DNA of 64,000 nucleotides from Gemmatimonadaceae bacterium. GTDB lineage: Bacteria; Gemmatimonadota; Gemmatimonadetes; Gemmatimonadales; Gemmatimonadaceae. How positions within the stretch are numbered: the first letter of the stretch is position 1; each line of letters begins with the position of its first letter. The stretch spans positions 412 through 64,411 of the forward strand of contig JBGPLS010000001.1 in NCBI GenBank assembly GCA_041486565.1. The letters are read 5' to 3'. Under the pieces are notes generated by a model. The model was not told where the DNA came from. It searched no databases and was given only the letters and a program-made list of their open reading frames with translations. The position numbers and the translations under genes were made by a program. Shown piece by piece: positions 33,441 to 43,547 of the stretch.

Positions 33441-33988
33441 CAGCGGTTTTGTTTAGCGGGCGTTTCTTTCGGTGTTAGCTTGCTCGACGCCGCGTTCGAC
33501 GTCACGCTGGCTCGCGAAGGATCCAGCGGCGAAGCCGGAATGGCCGACGTTCCGGTCCTCTTTAGAATCGTATCACCGGGCAGTGGTGATGCTTCGGGAT
33601 GCCTGAAGTAGACAGGAAACAGAATGGAAACCGGCACTGCTTCACCTCGCGTCTTTGCCGGAATGAACCTCAACTCCCCGGATCCTCTCACCGCCGCGGA
33701 ATCAAGTGACGGAATTCCCGAGCTCTCGGCAACGTGTGTAGACTCGCCCACTACCTGTCCTTCCTTATCGATGAATACACGCAGAGTCACGTTCGCCTGG
33801 ACCTTCTTGGCATACAGCGACGGCGGATAACGGAATGGCAGGTCCTTGTTCAACATCACAGGCAGGACGTCAGGCCGGGCTCCGACACCTGAAAACGGCT
33901 GATCGGATTCCCCGTCCCTGTTGCAGCCAATCGAAACCAGTCCCGCAATCAGCATCGTCCCCAACACGGTAGGCTTCGTCAGCATCAC
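33440..33988 (-). CDS. TonB C-terminal domain (lipo)protein
   Basis: YP..., V.LRVFIDKEG.V, SSG..LD.AA, F.PA...G..V.V..PVYF. Confidence 0.82.
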   Translation of the reverse strand: MMLTKPTVLGTMLIAGLVSIGCNRDGESDQPFSGVGARPDVLPVMLNKDLPFRYPPSLYAKKVQANVTLRVFIDKEGQVVGESTHVAESSGIPSLDSAAVRGSGELRFIPAKTRGEAVPVSILFPVYFRHPEASPLPGDTILKRTGTSAIPASPLDPSRASVTSNAASSKLTPKETPAKQNR

Positions 33989-33994
33989 GGTAAT

Positions 33995-36646
33995 CTACCC
34001 TTGCCTTGCACGGGTCACGAGACGATTGAGGAGAGCCAGCGCGTCGATCGGCTTCATCTCGTTTGGGTCGAGATGCTTCAGCTCTTCCACTATCGGGTGC
34101 GGCACTGAGCCGAACAGTGCGAGTTGCTGTGATGAATCTGGTTGATCCTTTTTTCGCGCGCTTCCTTCGCCAGAAACCTTTCCCGTCGTTCTTCCCAGGG
34201 CCGATACTATCTGCTCTCCTTCGAATAGACTCAGTAGTGCCCTGGCGCGTTGCAGCACCTGCTCCGGCAGCCCCGCCAGCCGTCCAACCTCAATTCCATA
34301 CGACCGGTCTGCCCCACCTGGAATCAACCGATGCAGAAATAGCACCCGGCCCTCAACTTCACGCACCGAGACACTATAGTTACAAGCTGCTACTAATTCA
34401 TCGGTGAGTTGGGTCAGCTCATGATAGTGCGTCGCGAAGACTGTCTTGCATCCCACCTCGTCATGCAGGTACTCGCTTACCGACCAGGCGATCGACACGC
34501 CGTCGTAGGTCGATGTTCCACGCCCAATCTCGTCCAGGAGTACCAGGCTTTTCCGCGTCGCCGTGTGCAGGATTGCACTTGTTTCCGACATCTCTACCAT
34601 GAAAGTGGACTGGCCACGAACCAGGTTATCACTCGCTCCCACTCGTGTGAACAGCCTGTCGACGACACCTATTCTCGCCCGTGTTGCCGGGATGAAGCTC
34701 CCAATCTGGGCCATCAGCACAATCAATCCGACCTGCCGGAGAATCGTTGACTTCCCGGCCATGTTCGGACCGGTCAGAATGATCATCCTGGCTGTTTCTA
34801 TCAGACAGACATCATTCGGAATGAACTTCTCGCGCTGCATCATCCGCTCGACAACTGGATGCCTGCCGGCAATGATTTCGAGATCGAACTCGTCAGTTAT
34901 TTCTGGTCGAACGTACCCCTCTCGTTCCGCGACTTCGGCCAGAGCGGCAAACACGTCTAGCTCCGCTATTAACCGTCCAACGCATTGCAGCCGGTTGACT
35001 TGAGCACCAATCCGTCGACGCAGGGCTTCGAACAGTTCTCGCTCTCGCTCTTCAATCCGCTCGGCGGCCGTGAGCACCTTTTCCTCGAATTCCTTGAGAG
35101 CCGGCGTTACATACCGCTCGGCGCCAGTCAGGGTTTGACGACGTTGGTAATTCGACGGTACCAGATGCGTGTTGCTGTTTGTAACCTCGATGAAATATCC
35201 GAATACGCGATTGTAGCCGACCTTGAGTGAGTTGATTCCCGTTCGCGTTCGTTCTTCCATCTGGATACGTGCGATCCCGTCCTTTCCACCGTCGCGCAAG
35301 GATCTCCACTCGTCGAGCTGGGGATCCACTCCCATCCGGATGCTGGGCTCTTCACCATGAGCGACCGGGGGTCGGTCGACTAGCGTTCCGATGATGTCAT
35401 CGCCGAGGTCGGCACAACCATCCCATTGGTCAAGTAACGCAGACAGCGGACTCTCCTCCCCGTTGACGCCGTGTGCACCCACCTGTTTCAGCACCAGCTC
35501 GACAGCACTGAGGCGTCCTATCGAGTCGCCTAATGCCCTGACTTCCCTGGGCGTTCCACGCCCCGATGCAGTCTTGCTCGCAAGTCGCTCTACATCCCGC
35601 ACACCGTCCAGTGCGCTTCTCATCGCCTCACGTGCAATCGGATCTCCGGTAAACGCGGCCACTGAGTCGAGGCGTGCGTCAATTGCTTTTCGATTCGTCA
35701 GTGGTGCAAGGAGCCATTGACGGAGCAGCCTCGAGCCCATCGGTGTCAGCGTTCGATCGAGAACTCCGATGAGCGTCCCCCCATCTTCTCCGCCTCTTAG
35801 TGACTCAACGAGCTCGAGATTCCGGCGCGTCATCTCGTCGAGAGGCATCGTACCACCTGGACGCTCTACTCTCGGTCTCGAGAGATGAGGTATTCCGCCT
35901 GGCTGAAGCTCATGGACGTATCGCAGCAGTGCGCCCGCGGCTGCGAGCGCCGGTTCATCCGCGTCACTGATGCCGATTCCCTCGATAGAGGCGACGGAGA
36001 ATTGACGCGTCAACTCCGTCGCTGCCAGCCCCACATCGAACTCCCAGGTTTCTCGTTCCGCGACCAGCGCTCCTTCATGGCCGCTACCTTGCGCGAGTTT
36101 TGCCGGACCAATTTCCCGTGCGATCAGGATTTCTCGTGGCGTTAGACGTGACAGAACGGCGTTGAGATCGTCCATTGGAGCCACAATGAGTCTGAACTCG
36201 CCGGTTGAAACGTCTACCGCGGCAATGCCCACCGATTCACCCGATAGATGGATGGCGCAGAGAAAGTTGTTGCGCGACCCGTCAAGCATGTCGTCGGCAT
36301 ATGCCGCACCCGGGGTGACCGTCTCGATTACTTCACGCCGTACTATCCCCTTCGCAAACTTCGGATCCTCGGTTTGCTCGCAGATCGAGACCCGGAATCC
36401 CTGCTGGACCAGACGTCGGAGGTACTCTCCTGCTGCCTTGACCGGAACGCCAGCCAGCGGGACCTCTGCGGAGCCTCCATTGTTCCTCGATGTAAGAGTG
36501 AGCCCGAGAGCTCGGGAAGCGACTTCCGCATCCTCATAGAACATCTCGTAGAAATCACCCATTCGGAAAAACAGAATTGCATCCTTGTGCCGGGCTTTGA
36601 TCTCCCGGTATTGCTGCATCAACGGAGTTGATGATGCGCGGGTCAC
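33995..36646 (-). CDS. mutS: DNA mismatch repair protein MutS
   Basis: FRMGDFYEMF, TGPNMAGKST, STFMVEM, DEIGRGTST, FATHY. Confidence 0.98.
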   Translation of the reverse strand: MTRASSTPLMQQYREIKARHKDAILFFRMGDFYEMFYEDAEVASRALGLTLTSRNNGGSAEVPLAGVPVKAAGEYLRRLVQQGFRVSICEQTEDPKFAKGIVRREVIETVTPGAAYADDMLDGSRNNFLCAIHLSGESVGIAAVDVSTGEFRLIVAPMDDLNAVLSRLTPREILIAREIGPAKLAQGSGHEGALVAERETWEFDVGLAATELTRQFSVASIEGIGISDADEPALAAAGALLRYVHELQPGGIPHLSRPRVERPGGTMPLDEMTRRNLELVESLRGGEDGGTLIGVLDRTLTPMGSRLLRQWLLAPLTNRKAIDARLDSVAAFTGDPIAREAMRSALDGVRDVERLASKTASGRGTPREVRALGDSIGRLSAVELVLKQVGAHGVNGEESPLSALLDQWDGCADLGDDIIGTLVDRPPVAHGEEPSIRMGVDPQLDEWRSLRDGGKDGIARIQMEERTRTGINSLKVGYNRVFGYFIEVTNSNTHLVPSNYQRRQTLTGAERYVTPALKEFEEKVLTAAERIEERERELFEALRRRIGAQVNRLQCVGRLIAELDVFAALAEVAEREGYVRPEITDEFDLEIIAGRHPVVERMMQREKFIPNDVCLIETARMIILTGPNMAGKSTILRQVGLIVLMAQIGSFIPATRARIGVVDRLFTRVGASDNLVRGQSTFMVEMSETSAILHTATRKSLVLLDEIGRGTSTYDGVSIAWSVSEYLHDEVGCKTVFATHYHELTQLTDELVAACNYSVSVREVEGRVLFLHRLIPGGADRSYGIEVGRLAGLPEQVLQRARALLSLFEGEQIVSALGRTTGKVSGEGSARKKDQPDSSQQLALFGSVPHPIVEELKHLDPNEMKPIDALALLNRLVTRARQG

Positions 36647-36648
36647 TG

Positions 36649-37755
36649 CTATTCGGCCTTCACCACGAATCCGTCGATTTTCTTCGCCTTGAGCGATCGC
36701 ATGACCGCCGTCGCCTGCGCCTGAGTCGCATAGTGGCCAATCCGGACTCGGAATGGAGCGCTCACCCCGGAGACACGAGCTTGATACCCGTTCCCCTTGA
36801 GCTTCGCCATCATTGCTTGCGCTTGTGACTTCACGTTGTACGCGGCGATTTGAACCGAATACCCGCCCGTCTCCACCGACGTGTCTTCCAGCGAGTTCTT
36901 CGGCGCCTCTGTCTTCCTCGCCGGAGCACCTGCCTTGGCCATTGTGTTTACAATGGACGGTTTTGCGTCACGCGGAGCCGATAGTATCTGCAGCGGGGGT
37001 TTCTTGGAAGCTATGTTGGGGTTGACCGCTACAGTGTCAGCCGTCGTGACAGCAACTTGTCCTGGCATTGATGCGACGGGCACCGGTGTAGGAACCACCG
37101 TCGGCGCAATCGTTGGAGCCGCTGCCAGGGATAAACTGTCAGCAGCTTTGGCGCTGCCGGTGGAGTCACTGACTTCGCCACTTGCGGGGACGGCTGCAAT
37201 AGCCACTCCGATACATCGCTGATTGAGATAAGAGATCTGATTCCGCAACTCTGTGTCGTTCTCGCTAGTCCGCGCGAGTGCGTCGGCATTTATGGCGCAT
37301 GCACGCTGGATGTCATTCTTCTCAAATAGCACCCGCGCCGTCCAATAGCCTGCACGCGCACGTGCCGCCCCAGCAGGATGCTCCAGGGTAAGGCGATTCA
37401 GATGCTGAAGAGCCCCATCGTAGTCGGCACGTGCAAGCTCGAGTTGAGCAAGACGTAGCAGAACGTCCTCCACGCGTGGTGAGAGCGGGAAATCGACGAT
37501 GATGCGCCGGTAGTCCATCTCTGCATCGGACGCTGTGGCGGATAAGACCGCGCGCCAGTAAAGACCTTCGGCGTATTCATTGGTTCCGGGCGCTGCACGG
37601 ATAATCATCGAGTCGACGATGGCCCTGCCGGCCATGGCATTACCGTCATTTACAAGCGTCTGGGCCCGGCGATATACCGCGCTATCCGGACTGCTTTGGG
37701 CCCGGCTGACAACCGGAACGAGTAACATCACTGCGACTACCCACTTCCTGGACAT
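36649..37755 (-). CDS. Exported TPR + SPOR domain protein
   Basis: Signal peptide, TPR-like helices, P/A/T linker, YSVQIAAY...FRVRIG SPOR domain. Confidence 0.85.
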   Translation of the reverse strand: MSRKWVVAVMLLVPVVSRAQSSPDSAVYRRAQTLVNDGNAMAGRAIVDSMIIRAAPGTNEYAEGLYWRAVLSATASDAEMDYRRIIVDFPLSPRVEDVLLRLAQLELARADYDGALQHLNRLTLEHPAGAARARAGYWTARVLFEKNDIQRACAINADALARTSENDTELRNQISYLNQRCIGVAIAAVPASGEVSDSTGSAKAADSLSLAAAPTIAPTVVPTPVPVASMPGQVAVTTADTVAVNPNIASKKPPLQILSAPRDAKPSIVNTMAKAGAPARKTEAPKNSLEDTSVETGGYSVQIAAYNVKSQAQAMMAKLKGNGYQARVSGVSAPFRVRIGHYATQAQATAVMRSLKAKKIDGFVVKAE

Positions 37756-37772
37756 CTCTCTGCTCCTGCCTA

Positions 37773-38831
37773 CTATGCGGCAATCTTGTGCTCATCCCCG
37801 ACGCATATTGCCAGGATGAGCGTGGTCAGCACCTGCTCTTCGGATGAATATCGCGTTTCCTTGAGAGTTACATCAGCTGCGAGCAATGCAGCCAGCGCAC
37901 GTTGTAACGATTGTTGCTCCCATGAATTCGCCGTCGAGGCCCACACTGTTGCTGCTGTGCCCCACGGACGCCCAGTATAAACAGAGCTCGATTGCTTCAG
38001 CAAATCGAAGTATGCCCCCTGCAGTCGCCCTAATGGCAGTCCTTCATCCAGCTTCGCTCTTCCCCATGCCAGTGCAACTGTCTGAGCCGCAAGTGCCATG
38101 ACGATCGAAACCGCTGTCGTCTTGGGCTGAGCGAGGACATGATTTACCAGCATCAGTGACTGCTTGACGTCACGTCGTGCAATGGCATCGAGAAGGTCCG
38201 GCATCGTTTCACCTCGACGAATGCCCACGACTGCGGTAACCGCTTCTTCGGTGATCTTCCGTCCCCCAGTGTAGCTCACGAGTTTGTCCAGCTCTGCAAC
38301 AAGCTGATGCAGATCATTTCCCACCGCGCTTTGTAGTAGCTGCACGGCATCAGCCGAGATCTCTGTCTTGAGCTCCGTCGTGACATGATGCGCAATCCAC
38401 CTCGGGACCCTGTCACCGGTAAGAAGGTCGAATTCAAGAAGGGTTGCCATTCGTGCGAGATCCCTATCCGTCTTTCCGCCGGCGGATTCCATGAGGAGGA
38501 GCAGTACGTCTGACGAGGGGGTTAGGAGATATCGCTCAACCGCCTTTCGCACATCCTTTCGCAATGCCCCTGCATCTCGGATAACGACTACGCGGCGTTC
38601 TGCCATCATCGGCACTGAGGATACCACTGCATCCAGCGCCTTAGGATCCACATCCTGAGCCCGCCGGACATCCAGGTTGAAATCCCTCATTGCTGGATCC
38701 AGCGCCGCTCTGATGAGCTGCTTCATCGCGTCTTCTTTCTGGAAGTCGTCCTCGCCGCAGATGTAATACGCGCCGTCGAACGAGCTCCGCTTCAGAGTAT
38801 CCCTCAGGGTCTTGAGAGCGACGTTGGACAT
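37773..38831 (-). CDS. holA: DNA polymerase III delta subunit
   Basis: YYICGEDDF, PMMAERRVVVI, ELDKLVSY, D..LK; start ATG 38831. Confidence 0.88.
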   Translation of the reverse strand: MSNVALKTLRDTLKRSSFDGAYYICGEDDFQKEDAMKQLIRAALDPAMRDFNLDVRRAQDVDPKALDAVVSSVPMMAERRVVVIRDAGALRKDVRKAVERYLLTPSSDVLLLLMESAGGKTDRDLARMATLLEFDLLTGDRVPRWIAHHVTTELKTEISADAVQLLQSAVGNDLHQLVAELDKLVSYTGGRKITEEAVTAVVGIRRGETMPDLLDAIARRDVKQSLMLVNHVLAQPKTTAVSIVMALAAQTVALAWGRAKLDEGLPLGRLQGAYFDLLKQSSSVYTGRPWGTAATVWASTANSWEQQSLQRALAALLAADVTLKETRYSSEEQVLTTLILAICVGDEHKIAA

Positions 38832-38870
38832 ACTGCTAATATAGAAATCCGGCGACACAGCCGCCCGGAA

Positions 38871-39401
38871 TCAGCGCGTGCTATTCGTCAGCTGCAGACT
38901 TGCTGATGCGAAATGAACTGGCGCAAGTTCGGCATAGAGTGCCGCCGTCCAGATTGGGAGTCCCGCCGGCACGGATGCAACCAGAGCAGGAGCAGGAGTC
39001 GTGATGGGTGAGACTTCAGGCTCCGGAATGCTTGCGACTACCGGCGGAAAGATGATGTCGCGAGGAGTATCGACATCGCGCAGCGACACACCGATATATC
39101 CGAGCATGAGCAGGCTCGTAACTGCTATTGCTGCCGCAAATGTTCGGGATTGCTGAAAGGCTGGAAAGGCATCTGCCTCTTTGATCTCACGAAGCCGTGC
39201 ATTCAACCGACTGGAGAATCCAGGAGATGGCTCAATTCGAGGAAGGTTCCGAAAAAGCAGGAGAGAACGACGAATTAGTGCGTCGTGGTTCGCGCAGGGT
39301 CGACATTCAGCGATGTGACACTGCATGCCAACCAGCTCAATGCCGGATAGCATGTCATCGACGAAGGCAAAATGTTTATCGTGAAACTCGCGACAATCCA
39401 T
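38871..39401 (-). CDS. Zinc-binding (zf-HC2) membrane anti-sigma factor
   Basis: MDC...HIAECRPC (HxxxCxxC), one TM helix, directly downstream of the ECF sigma. Confidence 0.88.
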   Translation of the reverse strand: MDCREFHDKHFAFVDDMLSGIELVGMQCHIAECRPCANHDALIRRSLLLFRNLPRIEPSPGFSSRLNARLREIKEADAFPAFQQSRTFAAAIAVTSLLMLGYIGVSLRDVDTPRDIIFPPVVASIPEPEVSPITTPAPALVASVPAGLPIWTAALYAELAPVHFASASLQLTNSTR

Positions 39402-39469
39402 GAGGCAGGGTTAGAGACTCAGATTCCAGTACCCGTTCAACAGGCACCGGTTCCCTGAATCCTATAACT

Positions 39470-40111
39470 CTACTCCATATAGGGCGCAATAATCTCCGCG
39501 AAGGAATTTCTCGCCCTGTTCAGCCTCGATTTTACTGTGCCCAGATTGCAGTCGGTAATCTCAGCAATTTCCTCGTACGACTTACCCTCGAGCTCGCGCA
39601 GGACAAAGACATGTCTGTGATGCTCTGGCAGTTTTGCGACTGCGTTCTCGACGATTTCCCGAAGATGCCGCTTACGATACATGTCATCGGGACGAGACGT
39701 AGTATCCTCGAACTGAAGCGGCCGGTCGTCATCCTGCAGGTTCTTCTGAACTGTTTGCATCAGTACCAGTGGATTCCGCGAGCGGTTTCGAAGCTCGTTT
39801 TTCGCCAGGTTCGACGCAATTGTATACGCCCATGTGGAGAATTTCTTCGATCGGTCAAAACGATGAAGGTGCCGATAAACCCGGATGAATACCTCCTGAA
39901 CGAGGTCCTCCGCCTTTTCCCGATCCCCAATCGTGCGATATATGAAGTTCAGCAGGCGCGTCTGGTAACGCTCTACGAGTTCCGAGAAGGCCCTTTCCTC
40001 ACCACCCAGGAATGCAGTGACGACGGCTGAATCATCCATCGCCCGCAGTTGCTCCCTGACGGCTATACCTTCACCCGGAACCTGTTGTTTACGAACGATG
40101 CTTGCCATCAA
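39470..40111 (-). CDS. ECF sigma-70 factor (RpoE/SigW-like)
   Basis: AEDLVQEVF, FSTWAYTIA.N, SYEEIAEI...GTVKSRLNRAR. Confidence 0.95.
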   Translation of the reverse strand: MMASIVRKQQVPGEGIAVREQLRAMDDSAVVTAFLGGEERAFSELVERYQTRLLNFIYRTIGDREKAEDLVQEVFIRVYRHLHRFDRSKKFSTWAYTIASNLAKNELRNRSRNPLVLMQTVQKNLQDDDRPLQFEDTTSRPDDMYRKRHLREIVENAVAKLPEHHRHVFVLRELEGKSYEEIAEITDCNLGTVKSRLNRARNSFAEIIAPYME

Positions 40112-40192
40112 TTACCCCCGATAGGATGAGACCTTGACGACAGGAGGCCCAACCACGCCTCCTGGTGCAAAAGTCCTTGGTCCACTCCATGA

Positions 40193-40310
40193 TGCAGAGG
40201 ATGTGCCGACAGCCATCTGACGACTAACCTATTGAAGAACAATGAGTTAGCCTCGTCGAATTCGTGTCCCTGTCCTGTGCTGATGAGTTGGGTGTCTATT
40301 ATTGTGGACA
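40193..40310 (-). promoter_or_regulatory. Putative sigma54 promoter with IHF-like site and upstream activator palindrome
   Basis: TCGGCACATCCTCTGCA (40209-40193, GG-N10-GC); CAA-N4-TTA IHF-like palindrome 40224-40250; TGTC-N10-GACA 40293-40310. Confidence 0.62.
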
Positions 40311-40372
40311 GACAGGAGCGCATTCCTTATACGTAGTTGGAGTCTCGGCGGCCTTCTAGGGTTTACTGCGTG

Positions 40373-40752
40373 CTATTCGCGGCAGGCTGCCAGTAGTAAT
40401 CCGATAACAGTCTTTCCGTCCACGATCTTGCCTGAGCGAACCATTGCCACGGCTTCCGAAAGAGGAACGGAGTGAAGTTCCAAGAATTCATCCGGCTCCT
40501 GGAACGCTTCTCCTTGACTCAGAGCATCACCGACAAAAATGTGAATTCTTTCGTCGGTAAACCCCGGAGTGGTATAAATCGTAGTCAGCTGCCTGAGATG
40601 ACCTGCTGAATACCCGGTTTCCTCCTTGAGCTCCCGACTCGCACACCCCTCAGCACCTGATCCACATCCAGAGTGAGAACCCTGCCTGAATAGACTCGCC
40701 GCGAGGATACTCTGCCCTGCGTTTCGGACAGCCCATTCTGCTTCTCGGTCAC
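40373..40752 (-). pseudogene. NUDIX hydrolase (ADP-ribose pyrophosphatase-like) with internal deletion and frameshift
   Basis: GTG 40752 frame reads ...SSRRVYSGRVLTLDVDQV; near 40653 a different frame reads EGCASRELKEETG...YTTPGFTDE...DGKT; the middle region including the start of the Nudix box is missing. Confidence 0.8.
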
Positions 40753-42107
40753 GACTCGGTTGGGGAGCGTACTGAGAGAGTCCCAAAATTCAGCCCTTCA
40801 ACAGGTTCCTTTAACACCGCCGGGTCACCAACCACCACGATCTGCAGTTTTTCCGGAAGAATATGCGCTCGCGCGGCATTGAGTACATCGGCTGGTGATA
40901 CTGCCTTGATGCTTTGACGATATAGGTCATAGAAGTCTTCCGGCAGATCAAAAACCACGAGATTTGCCAACGCAGAGGCAATCGCCAATGTGGTTTCATA
41001 GCGAATTGGAAATACACCTTCCAGATAGCTCGTTGCCAGTGAAAGCTCATCATCCGAGATTTCCTGACTTCTCATTCCATTGACTTCTTTCAGCATTTCG
41101 CTGATTGCCTCCGCCGAAACTTCACTTTGAACCGCGGTCGCGATTACGAACGGCCCCGGGACTCGGCGCCAGTCATAGTATGACGACGCTCCATACGTGT
41201 ACCCGTGCTGTTCTCTGAGATTGAGATTGATCCGTGATGAGAACAGTCCACCTAGTACCGCGTTCATCACCACCACGCTGAAGTAGTCGGGATGCAACCG
41301 CGACATGCCGATGTGTCCCAGACGTAGCTCCGCCTGAGCTGCATCCGTCTTGGAAACAATTTCCACCGCATGACGATCCCGGGCCTGTTGTGCCACGACT
41401 GCCATGGAAGGAGTTCTTCTTCCCCGTCGATTTCCCAGATTGGCCAACACGAGTTCAACCACTTCCTCCGTGCTGACGTCCCCCACGATTATCATCGTGA
41501 CCGCGTGTGGCGTGTACCTGGCCCGAAAGAAACCCACTATGTCAGCACGCGTGATTCGCGAAATCGATGCACTGTTGCCACTCATTGGCTCGCTATATCT
41601 CGAGCCTTCCGCATATAAGAATCTGGAAAATGATTCGTCCGCGAGACCCCGTGGCTCTGAGAGAATCTGCAGTCTCTCGGCGAGTTTCTCGGCTTTTAGG
41701 CGTTCCACCTCGTGTTCTGGAAACGAAGGAAAAGTAAGTACCTCGGCCAGTAATGACAGTCCTTTGGCTAATTGCTCCTTCAGGACCGTCATGCTAACAA
41801 TAGTGCTGTCCCAGTCTGCACCGGTTTCGAGTGAGGAGCCGAGTTTTTCGAACCCTTCCAGAATCTCGATTCCGCTGTGCTTTTCCGTGCCTTCTCTCAA
41901 CGCTTCGGCCGTCAGTTGTGCCAGGCCCTCCTGTCCACGCGGGTCTGCACTCGCTCCAGCATCGATCACCGCCAATACAGTTACGACCGGCAGTTTCCGC
42001 ACCGGAGCTACAATCATCCGCATTCCATTCGCAAGAGCATGTCGTTTGAACAACGGGAAATGATATTCACGTGGCGCATCAGGCACGGGTCGTATTGAGA
42101 CCGTCAT
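40749..42107 (-). CDS. M16B peptidase, non-catalytic subunit (cytoplasmic)
   Basis: M16 fold without HxxEH; LGGLFSSRINLNLREQHGYTYG; no signal peptide. Confidence 0.9.
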   Translation of the reverse strand: MTVSIRPVPDAPREYHFPLFKRHALANGMRMIVAPVRKLPVVTVLAVIDAGASADPRGQEGLAQLTAEALREGTEKHSGIEILEGFEKLGSSLETGADWDSTIVSMTVLKEQLAKGLSLLAEVLTFPSFPEHEVERLKAEKLAERLQILSEPRGLADESFSRFLYAEGSRYSEPMSGNSASISRITRADIVGFFRARYTPHAVTMIIVGDVSTEEVVELVLANLGNRRGRRTPSMAVVAQQARDRHAVEIVSKTDAAQAELRLGHIGMSRLHPDYFSVVVMNAVLGGLFSSRINLNLREQHGYTYGASSYYDWRRVPGPFVIATAVQSEVSAEAISEMLKEVNGMRSQEISDDELSLATSYLEGVFPIRYETTLAIASALANLVVFDLPEDFYDLYRQSIKAVSPADVLNAARAHILPEKLQIVVVGDPAVLKEPVEGLNFGTLSVRSPTES

Positions 42108-43420
42108 CCCGCTACCGTGTCGGAATTCTTGACAGCCCCGCCAGCGCCTGAGGCCATCGGCACGTACAACAATGTCGCCCGATTGTCCCGTCCCAGTCGT
42201 GACGCCGCGAATTGGCTCACCGCATCCACTGTTACTGCCAGATACCTGGCTGATTGATCATTCAGTTGTTCCGGCTCTCCGAAGAACGTCGCGAACATCG
42301 AAAGCCTGTCAGCGCGCTCGCTCGCCAGCTGCATTGCCGTCACCGTATCCGTTTCTATCAGAGCAACGGCCCGGTTGACCTCATCTTGAGTGACGCCTTC
42401 GTCCATAAGAGTATTTATCTCCCGATCTAGTTCTTCTTCCAATTTTTCGGGAGAGGTTTCCGGACGACCTATCACATCCGCGACAAGCAAGTCACTGCCT
42501 TTCGCCAGATCGAATGTGAAGGCTACCGCGTCTGTGGCAATCTGCCGCTCCCGTACAAGTGATCGGTGAAGACGGCTACTCCGTCGCATTCCTAGAATTG
42601 CGCCGCAAACACTCGCTGCATAGTAGTTGTCACTACCAAATATCGGAGACCTGAATGCCATGTAGAGTCGCGGTAGTGCGACATCGTCTCTTAGCACCTG
42701 GCGCAATGGCTGACCAAAGGTCGGCGGCACTTCCATCCCGGTTAGTGGGACCTTCCCTGGGCCATGAGGAATTGCACCGAAATATCTCTCTACGAGCTTT
42801 CTGGCTTCTGCGGAATCAAAGTCTCCTGCGATTGACAGTACGGCATTATCAGGCGTGTAGTAGCCGAGAAAGAACTGCGTAATGTCATCGAGCGAGGCTG
42901 CCGATAAATCCTCCATGGACCCGATGAGCGAATGATGAAAGGGATGCTCTTCTGGAAACGTCAGCGCCGAAAGACGCTCCAACCAGGTTCCGTAGGGCTG
43001 GTTATCCACTGACCAGCGCCGTTCGTTTTTCACGACATCACGTTGTGTATCGAGCTTCTCCTGCGTCATTGCTGGAAGCAGGCCACCCATCCGATCCGCT
43101 TCCAGCCAGAGCACGAGTGCCAGTTGATTTGACGGAACTGTCTCATAATAGTTCGTTCGCTCAACCCAGGTAGAACCGTTGAGAGTTCCCCCTGCTCGCT
43201 GAATAAGCTCGAAATGCTCATTGGATCCCACGTGTTCGGATCCTTGAAATAGCATGTGCTCGAATAGGTGTGCGAACCCCGTGCGTCCCTCTCTTTCATT
43301 TGCAGATCCGACATGATACCAGAGATTCACGGCGACGACAGGCGCCGTATGATCCTCCGATAGCGTTACGAAAAGCCCATTATCCAGGCGGAATGTTCCA
43401 ATAGGTATTTGCATTCGCAT
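42104..43420 (-). CDS. M16B peptidase, catalytic subunit (cytoplasmic)
   Basis: GFAHLFEHMLFQGS; start ATG 43420 or 43414; no signal peptide. Confidence 0.92.
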   Translation of the reverse strand: MRMQIPIGTFRLDNGLFVTLSEDHTAPVVAVNLWYHVGSANEREGRTGFAHLFEHMLFQGSEHVGSNEHFELIQRAGGTLNGSTWVERTNYYETVPSNQLALVLWLEADRMGGLLPAMTQEKLDTQRDVVKNERRWSVDNQPYGTWLERLSALTFPEEHPFHHSLIGSMEDLSAASLDDITQFFLGYYTPDNAVLSIAGDFDSAEARKLVERYFGAIPHGPGKVPLTGMEVPPTFGQPLRQVLRDDVALPRLYMAFRSPIFGSDNYYAASVCGAILGMRRSSRLHRSLVRERQIATDAVAFTFDLAKGSDLLVADVIGRPETSPEKLEEELDREINTLMDEGVTQDEVNRAVALIETDTVTAMQLASERADRLSMFATFFGEPEQLNDQSARYLAVTVDAVSQFAASRLGRDNRATLLYVPMASGAGGAVKNSDTVAG

Positions 43421-43490
43421 TAAATGACTGAAATAGTTTGCCAGTAGCATCCCCGCGATCCTCAATTCCCGGACCATATCGCAGAGTACC

Positions 43491-43525
43491 AAAAAGGCAG
43501 GTCTCAACCTGCGAGTCCTGCCTTT
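43491..43525 (-). terminator. Rho-independent terminator
   Basis: AAAGGCAGG...CCTGCCTTT stem ending in a T run on the minus strand. Confidence 0.75.
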
Positions 43526-43547
43526 CTTCGATATTTATCGCAGAGCA

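Noticed and set aside
39373-39388. parS-like TGTTTATCGTGAAACT
   Set aside because: Three mismatches to TGTTTCACGTGAAACA and explained by coding sequence (EFHDKH).
40373-40786. 137-aa ORF as an intact NUDIX protein
   Set aside because: Its N-terminal part is the wrong frame of the real gene start and the Nudix box is truncated.
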